A stretch of DNA of 64,000 nucleotides from an uncultured Methanosarcinaceae archaeon (GTDB lineage: Archaea; Halobacteriota; Methanosarcinia; Methanosarcinales; Methanosarcinaceae), in the NCBI GenBank assembly GCA_963727895.1, contig CAVSHT010000005.1:160001-224000 (forward strand), given 5' to 3'. The notes beneath the pieces were generated by a model. It made no database searches, had not been told where the DNA came from, and saw only the letters and a list, made by a program, of their open reading frames with translations. Numbering within the stretch: position 1 is the stretch's first letter; the number at the start of each line of letters is the position of its first letter. The position numbers were made by a program, and so were the translations under genes. This document shows positions 55,333 to 64,000 of this stretch, piece by piece.

Positions 55333-56063
55333 CCCATGTAAAATTTAATGGGCATAAAACCAAGCTTCTGAAGACTGTATACCCCAAAAGCTTCTTTTCT
55401 GGTTTTAAAGTCTTTTAGAGGACTGCTTTTTAACTCTCCACTAATATGTTGCATCTCAAAGCCTGTTTCAGCTGTGTTTCTATTGAGAATGTCCATGCGA
55501 GCGCGCATGTAAACATCGCCTTCATAGTAAAGTTTCATACCGTAACCGCTGAAAACTGCCTTTGAAATCGACACCCAATCCGAAGAGGCATTTCGAAGAG
55601 TCAATTCCATAATTCCTTCTTGAAGTGGGTTAGGAGAAGGTGACGTTGAATATATCTTACTTTTCCAGTGTTTACAAATGACTCCATTTGAAACTTCTCC
55701 ATAAAGAGTGAATTTCTGCCTTGCTAGGCTCAACACATCTAGAAGCTGGAGATTTTTATTTCCTTTGTCAGAGATAAATACGCCTATTTCAACAGGAATA
55801 GTCAGAAAAATCTTTCTTTTTGCTCCCCCCGCAAGAAGCAAGGTTTTCTCAAATTCTATCAGCAGGTTTGGAGTAATTTCTTTAGGAGTGTTTAAGGGTT
55901 CTACCGGGTTTATAATTATTTGTTTTTCATCTCCAAGGATAACTTTCTCTACAGTATCTGTCTCAAGTATTCTCTTGTACATCCACTGATCTCCTTCATG
56001 GGACACTGAAATAAAAATTCCATCTTGTTCCACTGAAAAAGGAGGGCTATAATAACCATACAT
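55320..56063 (-). CDS. DUF432 family protein
   Basis: INPVEP, PVEIGVF and KFTLYG motifs; coupled to mscS. Confidence 0.75.
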   Translation of the reverse strand: MYGYYSPPFSVEQDGIFISVSHEGDQWMYKRILETDTVEKVILGDEKQIIINPVEPLNTPKEITPNLLIEFEKTLLLAGGAKRKIFLTIPVEIGVFISDKGNKNLQLLDVLSLARQKFTLYGEVSNGVICKHWKSKIYSTSPSPNPLQEGIMELTLRNASSDWVSISKAVFSGYGMKLYYEGDVYMRARMDILNRNTAETGFEMQHISGELKSSPLKDFKTRKEAFGVYSLQKLGFMPIKFYMGWGF

Positions 56064-56309
56064 AATATCCCGGAAACTAACATCTTAATCATTGTCTAAA
56101 TTTCTTAATATAGAGATGTATCGTTATAAAAATTTTACCTTTAGAGATTTTTCCTCGCAAATGTAAAAAGAAATGATAAAAAGATTGTAGAAAAAGACTA
56201 TGGAAAAAGACTGTAGAAAAAGGACAAAAATAGTTAAAACAGGAAAATAAAGTAAAAAACTAAAAAAATATTAAAAGCTAGCAGAGCAAAACATTGATAC
56301 GAAAAAATG

Positions 56310-57374
56310 TCAAACCCATTTTCTTTTCTTAAAATAGGCAAACATACTAATTGCTATAAAAGCCATACAAAGCATTACTACAGGATATCCCCAGCGCCAT
56401 TTGAGTTCAGGCATGTTTTCAAAATTCATTCCATAAACACCTACTATGAAAGTAAGAGGAATGAAAATCGTTGCTATAACTGTCAGGACCTTCATAACAT
56501 CGTTCATCCTGTAGCTTACACTGGAAAGGTAGATATCAACCATTGAAGACAAGATATCCCGTAATTCTTCAACTGAATCGATTACCTGGATAGTATGGTC
56601 ATAAATATCTCTCAGATAAATGATGGTACTCTCTCTTATAAGATCAGACTCAACCCTTTGTAATCCATTTATCAGCTCCCGAAGAGGCCAGACAGCTTTC
56701 CTGAGGGTGATCATACCCCTTTTGTACTTCTGGATAGTAGTGAGAGTTTCAGGGCTTGGATGTATTACCAGCCCTTCTTCAAGATCTTCGATTTCATCTC
56801 CAAAATACTCAAGAATTAAAAAATAGCTATCAACCACAGAATCAATGAGGCTGTAAGCAAGATAATCTACGCCACTTTTTCGCAAACGAGAAGCAGGATT
56901 TTCAAATCTTTCTCGCACAGGGTCAAAAACATCTCCGTTCCTTTCCTGAAAAGAGAGGAGATAATTGGAACCAATGATAATGCTTACCTGATCTAAAATA
57001 ATTTCTTCCTTTTTTTTATCAAAAAGCATCATTTTTAAAACTGTATAGATATATGAGTCATAATCTTCAGTCTTGGGTCTTTGCTCTGTGTTGAGTATAT
57101 CTTCAAGGGTGAGTGGATGAATATTAAAATAGCCTCCGAGCTTTTCTATAATATCTACTCTATCCAGTCCATCAACATTTATCCATAGATTGATATCAGA
57201 CTGGTCCTTAAAATCAAGACACTCGTCAACACTCTTTAGCTCTTTTTCTATGAGTTTTTCGTTGTTATAAGCCAGAACCCTTATTACTACTTTTTCGGCT
57301 TTTTTTTCCCCTATATGAACAAGTGTTCCAGGTGCAAGCCCTATTTTTGATTCTCTTGTTACAAAAGCTTCCAT
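56310..57374 (-). CDS. corA: Magnesium/cobalt transporter CorA
   Basis: HPLTLEDI, YGMNF, MPELKW. Confidence 0.95.
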   Translation of the reverse strand: MEAFVTRESKIGLAPGTLVHIGEKKAEKVVIRVLAYNNEKLIEKELKSVDECLDFKDQSDINLWINVDGLDRVDIIEKLGGYFNIHPLTLEDILNTEQRPKTEDYDSYIYTVLKMMLFDKKKEEIILDQVSIIIGSNYLLSFQERNGDVFDPVRERFENPASRLRKSGVDYLAYSLIDSVVDSYFLILEYFGDEIEDLEEGLVIHPSPETLTTIQKYKRGMITLRKAVWPLRELINGLQRVESDLIRESTIIYLRDIYDHTIQVIDSVEELRDILSSMVDIYLSSVSYRMNDVMKVLTVIATIFIPLTFIVGVYGMNFENMPELKWRWGYPVVMLCMAFIAISMFAYFKKRKWV

Positions 57375-57666
57375 GCTCGTTTCTCTGCCTCACCTTCTAG
57401 TAAAAATAGATTATTCAGTAATAAAACTCTATTGATTTAAGTATGTGCATGATTTTTTTCATAGAATTCGTTTAAGTGTTGTGATAAATTGATAATGTAT
57501 TCCAAAACATAGGGTTTTCATGTTGAAATAAGCTTTTTATATAATTCTATTTAATATATAATGCATATATTTAATAAAAAAGATATTAAATATATAATAG
57601 ATCTTTTCCAAAAATTGGGGATTTGGAAAGATCATCAGTTCTGTTATCAAATATGGGGTGATTAAT

Positions 57667-58590
57667 ATGGCTGAAGATCAAATTATGAATAGCATATACA
57701 GCATGCTTAATCAATTTATAGCATTTATTCCAACATTAGTAGCAATAATTCTTCTTATTATTATAGGAAAAATTTTAGGAACATTTCTCGGGAAGGTTGG
57801 TGCAAAGGCACTGGATAAAATAGGGCTTGAGGATCTAGTTGACAAAACCATAATAGGTGGAATGATAAGAAGAGGGAAGATGAGTACGGTTGGCTTTTTT
57901 GATGCAGCTATCAGATGGCTTGTTTACATCATCTTTGCCTTAATTATCCTTAATATTCTAAATATCCAGGCAGTAAATAATTTCATTAACCTGATAATAT
58001 ACTATATCCCGCTAGTGATCTCTGCATTTGTGATATTGCTGATAGGTTTCTTGATTGTGGATTTCATTGGGGATCTGGTAAAAAATCTTCTTGTTTCAAT
58101 AGGAGTAGACGAGAAATTTGAAGGGACACCTTTTGGAGCTTCAATCAGAACAGGAGGATTGACAGCTTCATTAATTATTTCTGGATTGATCAAACTGTTT
58201 GGATATCTTATATTTCTTACAACAGCATCGAATATCTTACAGTTGACCATGTTCACTCAGTTGCTTATAAGCATTACCGAATATTTGCCACGGCTTTTTA
58301 CTGGTATCTTGATCCTGATAATAGGAATCCTATCCATCGATATAGTGATGGATTACCTTACAAGTACGATAAGAGGTATGAATGTAGAAGGAGCAGAGAT
58401 CATTTTTCCTCTCCTGAGAGGCTTTTTATTCCTTATTGTGATTCTGGTAGCGCTTGATACCATGCTCGTTAATACCAGTATTCTTTACCTGTTCTTTGGT
58501 CCGCTTGCATGGGGAATTGCAATCGTGGTTGCGTTCAAGTACGGGGTTAAAGATGCACTTGTTGCATATGCTAGAGAAAAAAACAGATAA
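57667..58590 (+). CDS. Conserved TM-helix repeat membrane protein (CmpX-like)
   Basis: Three repeats of (F/Y)(I/L)PxLxxAxxILxIG; GGGGTG RBS. Confidence 0.8.
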   Translation: MAEDQIMNSIYSMLNQFIAFIPTLVAIILLIIIGKILGTFLGKVGAKALDKIGLEDLVDKTIIGGMIRRGKMSTVGFFDAAIRWLVYIIFALIILNILNIQAVNNFINLIIYYIPLVISAFVILLIGFLIVDFIGDLVKNLLVSIGVDEKFEGTPFGASIRTGGLTASLIISGLIKLFGYLIFLTTASNILQLTMFTQLLISITEYLPRLFTGILILIIGILSIDIVMDYLTSTIRGMNVEGAEIIFPLLRGFLFLIVILVALDTMLVNTSILYLFFGPLAWGIAIVVAFKYGVKDALVAYAREKNR

Positions 58591-58769
58591 AAAGCTACAA
58601 AAAAGATCTATATTCCAATCAAAGAGACAATTGTTGCATTATATGAGAAAGGGAGTAAATTTCCCTTTCATTTATTTAAAAAGAACCTTTAAAAACCTTT
58701 ATAAAAAAGTTATTGGAAAAAAGAATCAGAGAAAAAGTGATCCCTTTACATAGAGATCTCTTAAGGTTC

Positions 58770-59882
58770 TCATAGTACTTTTTCCATGATGTTCAGGGCT
58801 CTTTTGATATCTTCCATTGAAGCTGCATAGGAAATTCTAATATGACCATCACCTTCGCTTCCGAAAGCTGTTCCAGGAGTGACAATAATACCATTTGAGA
58901 TCAATTTTGAAGCAACCTCTGCGGAATTCGAGACTTTAGGAAAAGCATAGAAAGCACCTCTAGGTGGAGGACATTCCATTCCAAGTTCGTTTAGCCCTTT
59001 TACAAGCACATCTCTGCGCTTTCTAAATTCCTCTCGCATTTCAGTTATTGTATCTTTAGGTCCTGTTACTGCGGCATAAGCAGCTTTCTGAGCAATTGAA
59101 TTGGCGCATGCCTGAATATACTGGTGCACCTTGATCATCTGGTCGATATAATCTTTCCTGGCTGCTACGTAACCGAGCCTCCAGCCAGTCATTGCATAGC
59201 TTTTTGAGGTAGCGTTTACGGTAATCACATTGTCAGAATAGCTAGCAGGACTGACATGTTCTCCTTCGTATACAAAGTACTCATAGACTTCATCTGAAAT
59301 AATAGTTATATTGTGGTCATCTGCAATTTCGGCCAGAGCTTTTACATCTTTCCTGCTTGCGACTGTACCTGTGGGATTTGAAGGAGAGTTGAAAATAATG
59401 GCTCGAGTTTTTGGAGTGATTTTCTCAAGCACAGCTTCGGGCTCCATCGAAAGATCTTCGGCAAGTGGGACACCTACAGCTTTGCCGCCAAGAATTTCAG
59501 TCAGTGCATTATAAGAAACGAATCCAGGGTTTGAGATAAGGACTTCATCCCCTTGATTAAGAAGGGCTGTAAGAGCAATGGCAAGAGCTTCAGAAGCTCC
59601 TGAGGTAACAATAATTTCCTCTGGAGAAACAAAAAACTCATTTTCATCCTTGAACTTAAAACTCAAAGCTTCTCTTAATTTGGGAATCCCTGTACCCACG
59701 GTATAACCGGTAAAACCTTCATTTATGGCTTTTATTGCTGCTGCCCTTATATGTTCTGGGGTATCAAAATCTGGCTGCCCGAGCCCAAGGTTAATTGCAT
59801 CCGACCCCGCAGCTTCGAAAATTTTTCTAATTCCAGACACATCTATTCTGGTAACATTTTCTGAAAACTTTATTTCCTTCAA
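58770..59882 (-). CDS. Class I PLP-dependent (aspartate-type) aminotransferase
   Basis: GQPDF, NSPSNPTG, SDEVY, SKSYAMTGWRLG. Confidence 0.93.
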   Translation of the reverse strand: MKEIKFSENVTRIDVSGIRKIFEAAGSDAINLGLGQPDFDTPEHIRAAAIKAINEGFTGYTVGTGIPKLREALSFKFKDENEFFVSPEEIIVTSGASEALAIALTALLNQGDEVLISNPGFVSYNALTEILGGKAVGVPLAEDLSMEPEAVLEKITPKTRAIIFNSPSNPTGTVASRKDVKALAEIADDHNITIISDEVYEYFVYEGEHVSPASYSDNVITVNATSKSYAMTGWRLGYVAARKDYIDQMIKVHQYIQACANSIAQKAAYAAVTGPKDTITEMREEFRKRRDVLVKGLNELGMECPPPRGAFYAFPKVSNSAEVASKLISNGIIVTPGTAFGSEGDGHIRISYAASMEDIKRALNIMEKVL

Positions 59883-59951
59883 AATGAGCCCTCCTGTATC
59901 CCTACAACTAACTGTTCTGAATACTCCAACACTTTATATCAATTCAGGCCT

Positions 59952-60566
59952 TTATTCAATGTTTGTATGTCTTGATTTAAGCTCGGCTTCCGATGCACCT
60001 GTAAGAGTAATCAGCTGAGCAATTATTGAATCAAGGAAAATAAGCGATGTAATCTCAAAAGATGTGCCCAGAGGAGGTACATTTTTGAAATCTCCCCTCA
60101 AATTTCTTTCAAGGAAACCGCCTGCATCAAGGTCATTTTTAGTTTTGCTAGGAAGGATCATAGCAATGTCCGAAGTTCTACCCAGTGTAGATTCCTTTTT
60201 AGAAGTAACTGTTATGAGGGTGGAGCCAATATCTTTTACTATTTTTCCGAGGTCTGCTATCGAATGTGTTTCTCCAGATCCTGAAATGGCAATTACCACA
60301 TCTTGTGGTCGAACAGCAGGTGTTGTAGTTTCCCCTACAACATAAACACTGAAACCAAGGTGCATAAGCCTCATTGCAAAAGCTTTGGCAACCAGCCCGG
60401 ACCTTCCAGCCCCCATTAAAAAGATTCTTTTGCCTTCCAGAATTTTTTGGATCATTGCCTTTATGGCTTCTTTGTCAAGAATATCAATAATTTCATTGAG
60501 GTTTACTGCAATCATTCTCATTGATAATAGTACATCTTCGCAGTCATTTACCTGAGCTTTTTTCAT
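59952..60566 (-). CDS. hxlB: 6-phospho-3-hexuloisomerase (SIS domain)
   Basis: GAGRSG, ISGSGET, PLGTSFE, RHTNIE. Confidence 0.92.
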   Translation of the reverse strand: MKKAQVNDCEDVLLSMRMIAVNLNEIIDILDKEAIKAMIQKILEGKRIFLMGAGRSGLVAKAFAMRLMHLGFSVYVVGETTTPAVRPQDVVIAISGSGETHSIADLGKIVKDIGSTLITVTSKKESTLGRTSDIAMILPSKTKNDLDAGGFLERNLRGDFKNVPPLGTSFEITSLIFLDSIIAQLITLTGASEAELKSRHTNIE

Positions 60567-60776
60567 ACGAGTTCTCCAAAAAACATTGAGTTAAGTACCT
60601 ATTAAGTACATTATAGTCAATTGATCAGATTTTTATATACCTGTCTGCGTCAATGATAGAAAACGATCCTGAAATACTTTTCCCAAACTCTTTTCTCTTT
60701 CATTATTAAGTAACGCTTCAGGGTAAATTTACGGAAGCCTCCTTTGACCTTGCCGCAACGCCATGAGCCAAAATTT

Positions 60777-61298
60777 TTACCTGCTTGTTTGAGATTCGGT
60801 TTTATAATTAATAGCTTTTAATTCCCAAATCTCAATATTATTTTTAAATTCGTGATAAAGTCTCTGGATATCGCAGTCACTCCCATTCCAATAAAAATCC
60901 TTACGTGTTTCTCCTTTTTGAAGTTCTTCAAGTATTAATTGTGATAGGTGGAATAGGGCTTTTTTACTGGAAAAGGGAATGCTATAGTTTACGCGATAAC
61001 CACCGGCTGTTTTTCCGTAGGACACGAGTGTGTACCCTTTACTTTCATATTCCGTGATCTCATCGAAGTTGCAGATTATTTCAAACTCATGAACCGTCGA
61101 CTGATCAACTTTTGCAATTCCTAGGAGTACCTGTGCAATAATATAGTCAGGAACTTTTCGTCCAAACCATACAGCGATTTTTCCGTAAGTACAGATTACA
61201 TTGATGTCATTTCTGCCCATCTCAAATGAGCCGAGGCACTGATGAGGAAAGATTGTAGCTTCCACATCTTTGGTCTTCTGGGTACACATTGCTCCCAC
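60777..61298 (-). CDS. Hypothetical protein, third gene of the GTPase operon
   Basis: 173-aa ORF immediately downstream of the DUF2073 gene. Confidence 0.7.
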   Translation of the reverse strand: MGAMCTQKTKDVEATIFPHQCLGSFEMGRNDINVICTYGKIAVWFGRKVPDYIIAQVLLGIAKVDQSTVHEFEIICNFDEITEYESKGYTLVSYGKTAGGYRVNYSIPFSSKKALFHLSQLILEELQKGETRKDFYWNGSDCDIQRLYHEFKNNIEIWELKAINYKTESQTSR

Positions 61299-61303
61299 TT
61301 CGT

Positions 61304-61672
61304 TTACTTACCTGCAGAGACAAGGGCACTTATGAGGTTCCGATCTTTCTTAAGGGTTTTGAGCTGGTTTGCAGGCCCGATTACTGTAAGCCTCTTATTC
61401 CCCTGTTTTTTAAAAAATTTTCCAAGTAAAGAGCCATCGGAATTTGCAGGATAACTTTGCATTTCTATGCCTGAAAATACATCAGGCTGGATTGCTGACA
61501 TTGTCATTTCTATAAGCTTCGCTTCCTCCATCGGACTCAGGCCTTTTTCAAGCACCAGGATTTTACCTTTTCGTACTTCGTCGATTATATATCGGACTTT
61601 TTCCATTGAAGCCATTTGAGATATTCGGGCTTCAGATATTAAATCAAGTTGAATTCCCTGCATGTAAATCAC
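61304..61672 (-). CDS. DUF2073 family protein (OapB/ArvB-like)
   Basis: ILVLEKGLSPMEEAKLIE…LTVIGPANQL. Confidence 0.85.
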   Translation of the reverse strand: MIYMQGIQLDLISEARISQMASMEKVRYIIDEVRKGKILVLEKGLSPMEEAKLIEMTMSAIQPDVFSGIEMQSYPANSDGSLLGKFFKKQGNKRLTVIGPANQLKTLKKDRNLISALVSAGK

Positions 61673-62310
61673 CCGAATTGTTTTGCCAGAGCTTCATAAA
61701 ATGAATCCATTCCCACTCCTTCAAGTGCTGAAACTGGCACCATGGGATGCTGAGGGAACGCATCTTTTATTCCGGAAGGATCGGCGTTAGGAAGATCTAC
61801 TTTGTTTGCCACAATAAGAAGTGGAAGGTTTCTGGCTTCCATATTTCCTATTACCGTTACATTGACCTGGGTATAGGGATTTTCGGTAGAATCCATAACC
61901 AGTATGACACCATCAAGATCATCTAGCCATTTTACAGCTTCGATTACTCCCTCTGTTGCTTCTTTGGATCTTTTCTTGGATTCTGAATCATTCATACCCT
62001 GCTCCATGAAGTCATGAAAATCGATTTTTGTGGCAAGCCCTGGTGTATCTACTATATCAAGGCTGATTGTATGCCCGTTGGTCTCGATACTTACTTCGTT
62101 CCTTCTCTTTGCATGACGGGTTTCATGGGCTATATGAGAAACGGACCCCATTGTTTCATCTCCTCCGACCCAATCCTTGAGAATACGATTGCTAAGGGTC
62201 GTCTTGCCGGCATTGGGGGGACCATAGATTCCTATGCATGCTCCTTTTTTCTTGAACAGCTTATTAAACATTTTTGAAAAGCTTACCTTAAATCGTTCTA
62301 ACATATTCAT
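61669..62310 (-). CDS. Era-like small GTPase (OapA/ArvA-like)
   Basis: GPPNAGKT, HETR, DTPG, NKVD, SAL; amphipathic N-terminus. Confidence 0.88.
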   Translation of the reverse strand: MNMLERFKVSFSKMFNKLFKKKGACIGIYGPPNAGKTTLSNRILKDWVGGDETMGSVSHIAHETRHAKRRNEVSIETNGHTISLDIVDTPGLATKIDFHDFMEQGMNDSESKKRSKEATEGVIEAVKWLDDLDGVILVMDSTENPYTQVNVTVIGNMEARNLPLLIVANKVDLPNADPSGIKDAFPQHPMVPVSALEGVGMDSFYEALAKQFG

Positions 62311-62967
62311 AGCTTCCCTCCTTTGGGAAAAGCATAGCACCTAAGGATTTATCTGATTACTTTCCTTTACAGTTGGTATTAGTAACCTTTTAAGTATTTA
62401 TAGTAAATTTTGAAACTATTATATATTATATAAGCAACTTATATTATCTTACTGAAGGAATTTGGGAAATTATAGATTATTTTCTTTTCCGGTTGCATCT
62501 GGATGAATAGGAAATATCAAGTCCTTTCTACGGTAAAATAGAAAGTGCCTCATGTAAATTAAGCCAGAATATAAATAAATTATTTTTATTGCTTGATTGC
62601 CTCACAACACTAATAAAAAGCTTTCCATATAGAAGACACCAAGTCTTTATGAATTCATTTTATTTGTATCAAAGTTCATACATGCTCTGATGTTCTTCAC
62701 TTACCTTTATATTTTTTACTATTTTTATTAATTCAACATAAAAACTATAAATTGTTTTTATGAGAATAATTTTATGGTAAACTTATTGTTTAGTCTCAAA
62801 ACATTGAGACGTAAACATATTCTCTCAAAGTTAGGATCTTCCCTATATATCTAATTTTTTTATTTTATTTGTGACATTATACTTGAAAAAAAAACGATTA
62901 TTTTATTACGACTATTATTTTATTTTTGAGACATGGAAAGCTTGTAGTTTCTCATATAGAATTTTGC

Positions 62968-63965
62968 TCATGTATCTCTAATTGCCTTATTTATAGCAAT
63001 TTCAGCTATATTGGAGCTAAGGTCTCCTATTCTAGATAAGCTGTCTACAACAATCCTAAGTGGAATCATGTTTTATATGATTCCAATTTCAGAATAGAGG
63101 CATGAAGTTCCTCTAAGCCTTCACGCATATTATCAACACTATTTATTGCCTGATTGGCAAGAAAAGCATCAGCATCAAATAGAGCCTCAATTGCCTGCCT
63201 CACCAGTTCGACGTAGGTATTATTGAGTTTCTCAATATTTTCCAGTACCTCATTGCCAACTGGAAGTTGCAACTTTCAGGCAACAGTTGCTATTTTCTGT
63301 GCGTGGTCAGCTATCTTTTCCAGTGTATTTGCTGCCATTTTAAACTCATAGTATTCCTCTATATTTATTTCTGCAGAATCCAGTACTCTTCCTCCACATG
63401 AAATTGAACGAAATTGTTTGGAGATCAAAAGATATAGCCTGTCAACCTCATCATCTCTCTGACTTACATCAAGTGCCAGATCACAATCGATAGTTTTGAG
63501 GGCCCTTATGGCATCCTTCTGCATGGATATCGCAATATGAAACATCCTTTGTACACCTCTTTTGATAGGAAGTTCATTTGGATTGAGGAGATCCTGGATA
63601 ACCACACAGCTTGAGCTTTCTTCAATAATTTCAAGGCCTATTAGTTTATGGCAAACCTTACGAATTATTTTTTTTTGATCGACCAGTATTCTTTCGGAGG
63701 AAAGTTCGATTCTATCATATCCATGGAGATATGCAGCAATGATATCTCGCTCCAGTGAGTTGATTTCACAGCCTGTCACATCAATTATTTTAGTAATTGT
63801 GATTTTCCGCTCTTCCAAATGAGGGTCTATTAATAATTTTCCTTTCGGTTGCGCTTGAAGGGAAACCCTCATGCCGGTTTTGATACCTACTGTTTCAGCC
63901 CAGTGTTTTGGCAGTGAAACTATGTAAGTTGATCCACCTGTCTGCTGTACTTTTCTCGTCTCTAT
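62968..63965 (-). pseudogene. phoU: Archaeal PhoU regulator with N-terminal AbrB domain, disrupted
   Basis: (M)ETRKVQQTGGSTYIVSLPK from ATA 63965; RDDEVDRLY, EKIADHA. In-frame TGA at 63276 and frameshift near 63066. Confidence 0.85.
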
Positions 63966-64000
63966 AGTTATTCCCCGTTTTTAGTTTAGATATTAGACAA

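Overview
AT-rich archaeal chromosome segment. The gene set and order point to a Methanosarcina-like methanogen: rpl7ae-rps28e-rpl24e-ndk-aIF5B-rps6e, a DUF1699 protein, a PGF-CTERM/COG1361 plus MMPL locus, and hxlB next to DUF2073 and an Era-like GTPase. The right third (46.6-64 kb) is mostly intact housekeeping sequence. The left two thirds are a gene-poor accessory region in visible decay, with IS1, IS5, IS6 and IS110 remnants, at least six MITE families and many pseudogenes. Highlights: (1) an intact, visibly more GC-rich operon encoding a long DUF47/PhoU-like protein, a PPDK homologue that keeps its ATP-grasp and phospho-His domains but lacks the pyruvate-binding barrel, and an Mth938 protein; it lies near an orphan PstS and a CYTH-HTH-dead HD-CHAD fusion, suggesting an uncharacterised phosphate/polyP phosphotransfer system; (2) an unannotated 41-aa Gly/Trp/Cys repeat peptide; (3) candidate structured RNAs, one with an anti-Shine-Dalgarno tail and one multi-hairpin RNA with G-rich loops before a small zinc-finger ORF; (4) a putative HEPN RNase, a tape-measure-like remnant and an atypical integrase; (5) several unannotated small ORFs and apparent ATA/ATT start codons. 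Family names come from motif recognition only; no database search was run.
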